Source: a virus (lineage: Duplodnaviria > Caudoviricetes). Taken from it: a stretch of DNA of 64,000 bases. The stretch covers positions 32,001 to 96,000 of IMG/VR virus record IMGVR_UViG_3300021387_000661; one strand, given 5' to 3'. The notes under the pieces are model-generated. The model was given only the letters and a program-made list of their open reading frames with translations. It was not told where the DNA came from and did no database searches. Below, piece after piece: positions 57,456 to 64,000 of this stretch; position 1 is the stretch's first letter; each line of letters begins with the position of its first letter. A program made the position numbers and the translations under genes.

Positions 57456-58571
57456 ATGGCAAAAATACAAATAGGAAATTCAAATAAAGAGATTCAGAAC
57501 AATCTCTTTGTCAGGTCAAATTCATCTTCATTTGATGCAGATAGTTGGTATATTGATTTGTTTGGTATACTACCTGTATATGAGTTTTATGTTGATATAA
57601 ATAGGTGTGATGATGAAGACTTTGATATTTACAATGTGATTTATACCGACCTTGTTAAAAGTGGTGATTTCACATCAATTAAATATGAGTATAGTAAGTC
57701 AAAGGATAAGATGAAACCTAATTTTGAAAATGGACATAACACTTGTGTATCCAGATTTTATCTTGTATCAAATACAGAACCCATTGTGATTTATTATGAT
57801 TGTAATGGTCTTTATATCTTATCCCATCTTGGTGTTGACAAGATAAATGAGGTCTTTGAGAAATACCTTAAACAATATGATCAGGATGATGATAATGTCA
57901 AGTGTTATGTCATTGTTAAGGACCCTGATATGTACCTTGATAATTTTGATATCAAGCTTAATGGTGACCTGAATTTTGATTTATATAATGATGGGTTTGA
58001 TGAAATACACAAGAATATTGTAAATTCCATTGAGAATGATGAGAACGGTCTTTATCTTCTTTATGGAAAACCAGGTACTGGAAAGAGTACATATATCAGG
58101 CATCTTATCAAGGAGTGTGGAACTGATAAACGGAAATTTGTATATGTTCCAAGCGGATTGTTTGAGGACTTTACTGATCCAGGTATCCTTCCTTTCCTTT
58201 TGAGGAACAAGGGTTGTGTGTTTATCATTGAGGACTGTGAGAGTCTTGTTACCATTGATGGAGGAGGAAGGAGTGAAGGAATTACAGATTTGTTGAATAT
58301 GACAGATGGTCTTCTTGCGGATGCACTCAACATCAAGATTATTTGTACTTTTAACACTGATTATGAAAAGATTGATGATGCTCTTATGAGACCTGGTAGA
58401 TGTAGGTGTAAGTATGAGTTCAATTTACTTGATAAGAAGAAGGCAAATAAGGTTGCAAAGAAGTTTGGACTTGGCAAAGTAGATAGGGATATTTCCCTGG
58501 CAGAACTGTTTAATCCTGAATTGGATTTTGCAGAAGAAAAGAAAAGGAAGATAGGGTTCAGTGTAAATTAA
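57456..58571 (+). CDS. AAA+ ATPase
   Basis: GKPGTGKS, IIEDCE, LLNMTDG, ALMRPGR, C-terminal KIGF. Confidence 0.9.
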   Translation: MAKIQIGNSNKEIQNNLFVRSNSSSFDADSWYIDLFGILPVYEFYVDINRCDDEDFDIYNVIYTDLVKSGDFTSIKYEYSKSKDKMKPNFENGHNTCVSRFYLVSNTEPIVIYYDCNGLYILSHLGVDKINEVFEKYLKQYDQDDDNVKCYVIVKDPDMYLDNFDIKLNGDLNFDLYNDGFDEIHKNIVNSIENDENGLYLLYGKPGTGKSTYIRHLIKECGTDKRKFVYVPSGLFEDFTDPGILPFLLRNKGCVFIIEDCESLVTIDGGGRSEGITDLLNMTDGLLADALNIKIICTFNTDYEKIDDALMRPGRCRCKYEFNLLDKKKANKVAKKFGLGKVDRDISLAELFNPELDFAEEKKRKIGFSVN

Positions 58572-58572
58572 A

Positions 58573-58604
58573 TTTGTAATTGTCAGGAAAAATCAGTATC
58601 TTTG
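58573..58604 (+). promoter_or_regulatory. Bacteroidota housekeeping-type promoter
   Basis: TTTG 58573-58576, 20-nt spacer, TATCTTTG 58597-58604. Confidence 0.8.
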
Positions 58605-58622
58605 TAGTGTAAAGATAAAGTT

Positions 58623-59411
58623 ATGAGAATTATAGACAATAAGAAAGATTATTATGATTATCTGGCAGGAGTCTTTGGTATAGATGGTTATATCACTTAT
58701 GACCGTAGGAACTCCAAACGTCTGGTCAATAAGACATCTGACCTTATAAATGAGCGATATCCTATGGGGTATGGAAATGTTTTCTGTACCTGGAAAAATG
58801 GTATCAGTCCAAATATTACAGGAAACCAGTGTTCTTATGGTTGGGATAATGGTTATGAGAACAGGGGATGGGCATATAGGAAATGGGGTTCTGGATATCA
58901 ACCTATGAAATCTGAACAGTTTCCTGATGCATATAATGTGTCTTCAGATTGGTTTGGACTTATCATTGGTTCTGTTGCATATATGTTCATTGTCTATAGG
59001 GTACTCCAGAATGAGACAGATGCAGAAGTGAAGATTATTCCCAAATTGATGAGGAAGTTTGCTTTTGACAGGTCACATACAAAATCAAAAGCACCAATTC
59101 TGATAGGTGAACTTACATATAATCATCTTGACATTCCATGGCAGATTTCTTGTAAAAAGGATGATGAGTTTTATGAAGCTGTTGCAAAAGTAGGTTATAT
59201 TGCACCTGATAAGTATGGTGATTACAAGGAGAATCCCATATTGGAAGGTACTTGGATTCCTTCATTGATTCCTGCTGAAGAGGTCTGGAATAACATCACA
59301 GATTATCTTCTTTCTATCAAAGAACCTGTGATTGTTGATAACAGGACAGATGTTCAGCATCTGGAATCACATGGGTTTGATAAAAAGACTTCATTCCGTA
59401 ATGTGAAGTAA
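58623..59411 (+). CDS. Early hypothetical phage protein
   Basis: MRIIDNKKDYYD...HGFDKKTSFR, after host-type promoter. Confidence 0.75.
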   Translation: MRIIDNKKDYYDYLAGVFGIDGYITYDRRNSKRLVNKTSDLINERYPMGYGNVFCTWKNGISPNITGNQCSYGWDNGYENRGWAYRKWGSGYQPMKSEQFPDAYNVSSDWFGLIIGSVAYMFIVYRVLQNETDAEVKIIPKLMRKFAFDRSHTKSKAPILIGELTYNHLDIPWQISCKKDDEFYEAVAKVGYIAPDKYGDYKENPILEGTWIPSLIPAEEVWNNITDYLLSIKEPVIVDNRTDVQHLESHGFDKKTSFRNVK

Positions 59412-59485
59412 TTATTTGTCATATTTTGTTTTTTCCTCCCACCTGTATAAATATAGGTGGGAGGTTTTTTGTTATTTTTTAATAT

Positions 59486-60328
59486 ATGGTAGATGTTCCT
59501 TGTGTTGTGAAGTGGATTGGGTCTAAAAGAATCCAGAGTGGGGAGATTGTTCAATACTTCCCAAATTTCATAGATACATATTATGAACCTTTTTGTGGGG
59601 GATGTTCTGTCCTCTTTCAACTACTGTCATCCCCAGACCATTTTGTGAATCAGTGTGTATGTTCTGATGTCAATGGTGATTTGATTGACCTTTGGAATAC
59701 AATTAAGAGAGATCCAGATGGACTTTATGAAGAATATGTCCGGATGTGGACAGAGATGGGGTTATTGGAAGATAAGCAGGATAAAAGGAAGTATTTTGAG
59801 ATGGTCAGGGAAGAGTTTAATCAGACCAGAAGTCCTTATTGTTATTTCTTTCTGTTGAGAACATGTACCAATGGAATACCAAGATATAACAGGTTTGGAG
59901 AGTTCAATAATTCACTTCATCTTACCAGAGATGGTGTAAAACCAAAGATTATTAAGAAGATTATATACAGATGGAGTAAACTTCTTAATGAGCATAATGT
60001 CATATTCAAAAGATGTGACTATAGGTCTATTCTGGATAATATGACTGAAGATGATTTTGCTTACCTGGATCCCCCTTATGAGATAACCAGGAGTACTGGT
60101 AAATATTTTGGAAAGATTGATTATCTGGATATGTTTGACAGGTTGAGATTACTTAAAGATAAAGGTATAAGATTTGCTTTGAGTTATGATTCTGATGATG
60201 AAGAACTTATTGTTCCTGGTGATTGTTATGAAAATTATATCAATGTCACATCCAAGAACAGTGGGTATAGGAGGACACTATTGAGAATGGATAATAAAGA
60301 TGTTTATGAAAGTTTGTATGTAAATTAA
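59486..60328 (+). CDS. dam: DNA adenine methyltransferase (Dam / D12 class)
   Basis: KWIGSK, EPFCGG, SDVN, YLDPPY. Confidence 0.9.
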   Translation: MVDVPCVVKWIGSKRIQSGEIVQYFPNFIDTYYEPFCGGCSVLFQLLSSPDHFVNQCVCSDVNGDLIDLWNTIKRDPDGLYEEYVRMWTEMGLLEDKQDKRKYFEMVREEFNQTRSPYCYFFLLRTCTNGIPRYNRFGEFNNSLHLTRDGVKPKIIKKIIYRWSKLLNEHNVIFKRCDYRSILDNMTEDDFAYLDPPYEITRSTGKYFGKIDYLDMFDRLRLLKDKGIRFALSYDSDDEELIVPGDCYENYINVTSKNSGYRRTLLRMDNKDVYESLYVN

Positions 60329-60373
60329 TCTTTCATAAATAACTTATATTATATAAATCATAAGAAATAAGAT

Positions 60374-62389
60374 ATGATAAAAAGATTCAAGAATTTTGAT
60401 GCTGATGAATATCTTGAAAAGAAAAATGCCTTAAGAGAAGCAACTGAAACAGTTGATAACATTGAGGATGTTGATCAGACAATGGAAATTCCAGAGGATG
60501 ATCCAGATGATATTCCAGAGGATGAAGTTATATTTGGCACTCCTGTTTATAAAGACCCATATCTTTTGAAAATCTCCCATATTGTTGGTAAGAAATTGAA
60601 GGCAGCAGGTCTTGGAAATTTTGGTGTTGCATATAATATTGTTTATTTGAATAATGTTTCTGGTGTTAGATTTTATGAGACAGAAGGTACCAGGAGTATT
60701 GTATGTTGCCGTGACACAAATGAAAAATCTATTTCCATTTTCAATAATTTTGAGGTTGGTAAAGAGAATGTTGCAATAGTTACTTATTCAACAAAGAAAC
60801 TTGGTTTCAAGGATATGATTGATCAGTTGATTGATGACTTGAAGGGTGATACTGTAAATGAAGGAGTTATTAATGAGGCTACTGATAGATATGGTTCAGG
60901 TTGGACAGCAAAGGAGGTTATGTCTTTTGAGAAACTTGACCATGATGAAAGAGATTTTGTATATAGTTTCATTAGAAAATTCGGTAAGACAACGGCAGCA
61001 GCACAGTTCCTTGCATTGGCATCTGGTGGTGATCCAGTAGCCACAAGGGTTTGGAAGAAATATAAAGGTACAGATGATGTTAAAGGTGGTCCGGTTAAGT
61101 ATATGATGGATATGGCCAACACAGTTGTAACTGCTGCAAATGGAGTGAAACAGAGTGGTAGTTATCAGGCAGCTGTTGATGACAGGATTCTTGATAATTT
61201 GATTGCCGATTGTAAGGGTGCTGGTCCGGCTATTGTAACTAAATCAGAAGTCTCATATGACACTGGTGAAGAGGTTGATGAGTTTGAGGCAAGAAGGGCA
61301 GAAATGGAAGCAAAACATGAGACTGAGATTGAGGAGGATGCAAAACATTATGAGGAAACTATGGACTCTATTAGGTCTATCACAGAGGCAATGTGTAATT
61401 ATGTAAAGCAGAATGGTAAACTTGACAGAGATGATAAATCTATTATGTCAAGAAGGGGTGTCCTCATCACTGGTAAAGGTGGTATTGGTAAGACACATTC
61501 AATCAAGGAAGCACTTAAGGAAAAGAATATGATTATCAATAGAGACTATGTTTGGGCTGGTTCGGGTAATTCAACAGCAGATACAGTTTATAAACTTATG
61601 TATGATTTTAATGGTAAATTATTGATATTTGATGATTCACCAAACCTTTTTGATGGTGACTATCGTATATCAATGTGGAAGAATGCTCTTCAGACAGAAT
61701 TGGAAGACTGTTTGATTAGTTATCCTGGAAAGGAATCTAAATTGTCAATATATGATGTTAGAGATCTTAAGGGTGATAGACAGAGGAAATACTACACAGA
61801 GATTGGTCGTAAATCAATTGATGATAAAAATGATTTCTATAAAAGGGAAATGAAGAGATATGGTATTAAGTTCTCTGGAATTTCTGGAAAGGCTGTACCT
61901 ACTGCTTCTTCAGATCTTAGTCAAGAAGAGGTTGATGAAATCATGTTGAAACTTGATGAAAGGTGGAAGGATGAAGAGACAAAAACTAAACCAGCTATGC
62001 CTAATGAATTTATCTTTACTGGTTTGGTAATTATTATTTCCAACTATAGTAGAGACAGATTCATCCAGGAAGTTGGAACAGGTAACTGGGATGCTATTTC
62101 ATCAAGATTTACCAACTTTGATGTTTCACCAATGGCGGAGTCATTGTGGAGAGTTATGAAGAAGAGAATTCTCAGTGATTACAATGATAAGTCTATTGAT
62201 GATGAGAACTGTGCAATTCCAAGAGATATGGTGGAAGAATTTATTGAAGAAGTTGAATCATTGATTTCCAATAAAGATTACCAGTCAATCAACTGGCGTA
62301 CAATTACAATGTTCCATGATATTTTGAATGGTGCTCCTGGCCGTAAGACTTGGAAGTCAACATTAAGAGATGAATTATCAAGAAAATAA
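60374..62389 (+). CDS. Late P-loop/AAA-like ATPase with a long N-terminal region
   Basis: GKGGIGKT, LIFDD, IIISN, AISSR; late promoter 60334. Confidence 0.75.
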   Translation: MIKRFKNFDADEYLEKKNALREATETVDNIEDVDQTMEIPEDDPDDIPEDEVIFGTPVYKDPYLLKISHIVGKKLKAAGLGNFGVAYNIVYLNNVSGVRFYETEGTRSIVCCRDTNEKSISIFNNFEVGKENVAIVTYSTKKLGFKDMIDQLIDDLKGDTVNEGVINEATDRYGSGWTAKEVMSFEKLDHDERDFVYSFIRKFGKTTAAAQFLALASGGDPVATRVWKKYKGTDDVKGGPVKYMMDMANTVVTAANGVKQSGSYQAAVDDRILDNLIADCKGAGPAIVTKSEVSYDTGEEVDEFEARRAEMEAKHETEIEEDAKHYEETMDSIRSITEAMCNYVKQNGKLDRDDKSIMSRRGVLITGKGGIGKTHSIKEALKEKNMIINRDYVWAGSGNSTADTVYKLMYDFNGKLLIFDDSPNLFDGDYRISMWKNALQTELEDCLISYPGKESKLSIYDVRDLKGDRQRKYYTEIGRKSIDDKNDFYKREMKRYGIKFSGISGKAVPTASSDLSQEEVDEIMLKLDERWKDEETKTKPAMPNEFIFTGLVIIISNYSRDRFIQEVGTGNWDAISSRFTNFDVSPMAESLWRVMKKRILSDYNDKSIDDENCAIPRDMVEEFIEEVESLISNKDYQSINWRTITMFHDILNGAPGRKTWKSTLRDELSRK

Positions 62390-62409
62390 TAAGTAAAAAA
62401 TATAATAAT

Positions 62410-64000
62410 ATGACTATAGAACAATTACTATGTCCTGCTGTTATCAGGTGGGAATCAGAGTTTAGAAAAAAACTCAATGAGAGTAATATTGAAATGTCTG
62501 AAGATGAAATTGATGCAGAATTTGATAAGTGGCTTGTAGAGAATGAGGAACTTATCAATCAGTCTGTCAAAGATAACATCAATCGTATCAATGAGACAAT
62601 TGAAAGAAATAAGCAGAAATTCGCAAAAAAACTGAATGAAAAATTTGATTTTGGTTTTGATGATGATGATTTTGCTAATGAAGATGGTGATGATACAAAA
62701 AAACCAGAAGAACCAGTTATTGAAGAACCAGAAGAGAAGATTGATCCTGATGAACCAGAAGAAGTAAGGACTATTACAGGTGCTATAAAACTTGTTGATA
62801 AGAAGGACTCAAAGTATAATATTTTTGGTGTGATTAATGACTTATATGATATGATTGAGGAGGAACATACCAATGAGATGACACATAGGTCAATTTTAAG
62901 GAAATTGGATGTATCAGACATTACAAATATGTCTGCATTGTTTGCATTTACAAATCTTCCAAATATTGATTTGAGTGCTTGGAATACAGGTAGGGTAAGA
63001 ACTATGGAAGGTATGTTCTACAAATCAACATTCAACAATGACACTATTTGTGAATGGGATGTTAGTTCTTGTAAGGACTTTAAGAATATGTTCTTGTTCT
63101 GTCCATTCAATCAGTCATTGAAGAAATGGACTCCTGCATTTGTAGAAAAGACCTTTACCAATCCTGACGGAACAAGGGAGAAAAGGTCAGTAAGACAGGA
63201 TCTTCCAGTCATTGGTGGTACAGAAGATGAAACAAGAAGTGTTGCCAAGAAATTCAGACGTGGTATGTTCCAGGCAATGAGGGATGAGGATGAAGTTGCT
63301 GAAAGTAAGAAATATACACATGTTGTTGATTATGATTCTTTCATAAATGAAGGAAAGTTTAAAGATTTTATACATAAGGGTGTTGAAAAGGTTAAGAGTT
63401 TCTTCAAGACCATTATGATGAAGTTTGGTGATTTCATAACTTTCTTTAATGAGAATGGTGATATTTATCCTGCTGTTAGTCCTTATTCATCATTGAATGC
63501 TATTGCTGCTGGAGAAATTCCTGGGGTTTCAGCATTTTGTGATGTTGAGAATGATTGCCTTAATGGTGTAAGTAATGAGGCAAGTGTTGTTGAAAGTCCT
63601 GAATACTATGGTATCATTGACAAGGACAGTATTGAGTACAGAAACTATGAGACCTTTAAGGGTATGATCAATGAACATTATGCAAAGTATGGTAACACTG
63701 GTGCTTTCCAGATGGTTAATGAGGAAGAATTCAAGAGAGTTGGTTTCTCTGCTGCTGAAGGTGGTGTTGCTGCAAGGGACATCTATAGTGATGATTTGAG
63801 GGAAATCCTTGAAGACCTTGTTGAGAATGTTCCTGCTTATAAAGGTGATAGACATGGTGGCGCTGTATTTATCTGGGGTGCTCCAGGTATTGGTAAATCA
63901 ACTATTCCAAAGGCAATTGTAAAGGCATGGAATAAAGAAAAGGGTGACGCCCTTCATAAGAAAGCACTTATGGTTGTTCAGTGTGGTGACTTGACTATAG
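62410..64000 (+). CDS. BspA/DUF285-type repeat protein fused to a MoxR-like AAA ATPase (runs off the window end)
   Basis: ATG 62410; LDVSDITNMSALF, WNTGRVRTMEGMF, WDVSSCKDFKNMF repeats; FIWGAPGIGKS near the end. Confidence 0.75.
   Translation, partial: MTIEQLLCPAVIRWESEFRKKLNESNIEMSEDEIDAEFDKWLVENEELINQSVKDNINRINETIERNKQKFAKKLNEKFDFGFDDDDFANEDGDDTKKPEEPVIEEPEEKIDPDEPEEVRTITGAIKLVDKKDSKYNIFGVINDLYDMIEEEHTNEMTHRSILRKLDVSDITNMSALFAFTNLPNIDLSAWNTGRVRTMEGMFYKSTFNNDTICEWDVSSCKDFKNMFLFCPFNQSLKKWTPAFVEKTFTNPDGTREKRSVRQDLPVIGGTEDETRSVAKKFRRGMFQAMRDEDEVAESKKYTHVVDYDSFINEGKFKDFIHKGVEKVKSFFKTIMMKFGDFITFFNENGDIYPAVSPYSSLNAIAAGEIPGVSAFCDVENDCLNGVSNEASVVESPEYYGIIDKDSIEYRNYETFKGMINEHYAKYGNTGAFQMVNEEEFKRVGFSAAEGGVAARDIYSDDLREILEDLVENVPAYKGDRHGGAVFIWGAPGIGKSTIPKAIVKAWNKEKGDALHKKALMVVQCGDLTI

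Noticed and set aside
1-64000. Alternative genetic code (TAG read as Gln, as in Lak megaphages)
   Set aside because: Long core genes are intact in the standard code, and TAG ends genes at natural positions (30694, 38954, 54310)
1-64000. tRNA or rRNA genes
   Set aside because: Intergenic gaps are short and explained by promoters and terminators; no cloverleaf or T-loop signature seen

Overview
This AT-rich, gene-dense window comes from a large T4-like (myovirus-type) bacteriophage using the standard genetic code (TAA, TAG and TGA all end genes). The host is most likely a Bacteroidota member, based on two canonical TTTG-N20-TAnnTTTG promoters, a DUF4494-like gene and Fib_succ_major/DUF1566-like domains. 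Replication and recombination genes include a PolB DNA polymerase, probable sliding clamp and clamp-loader subunit, RNase H, gp41 helicase, UvsX, gp47 nuclease and RuvC. Virion genes include a tape-measure-like protein, gp4, gp6, gp25, gp15, a large baseplate protein and a tail-fibre cluster. There is also a gp55-like late sigma factor, MetK, methyltransferases, an S1-like protein, a RimK ligase plus retropepsin-like protease, and two free-standing endonucleases. Three promoter classes can be read from the DNA: host-type, a phage-specific TTTGTTATWTTTA motif, and late CATAAATA. The most unusual signal is a conserved ~22-aa tag, (N/T/S)E^S(V/I)W(N/G/S)DIR(R/K)RGxGxD(V/I)K(K/Q)ED. It occurs 10 times in 5 late genes, always right after a T4-prohead-protease-like site and in front of swappable cargo domains, including five times inside one 918-aa apparent polyprotein. 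About a dozen other late proteins carry T4-type capsid-targeting sequences. Together these suggest a modular system for packaging, cleaving and injecting effector proteins. All annotations come from motif recognition by eye; no searches were run.
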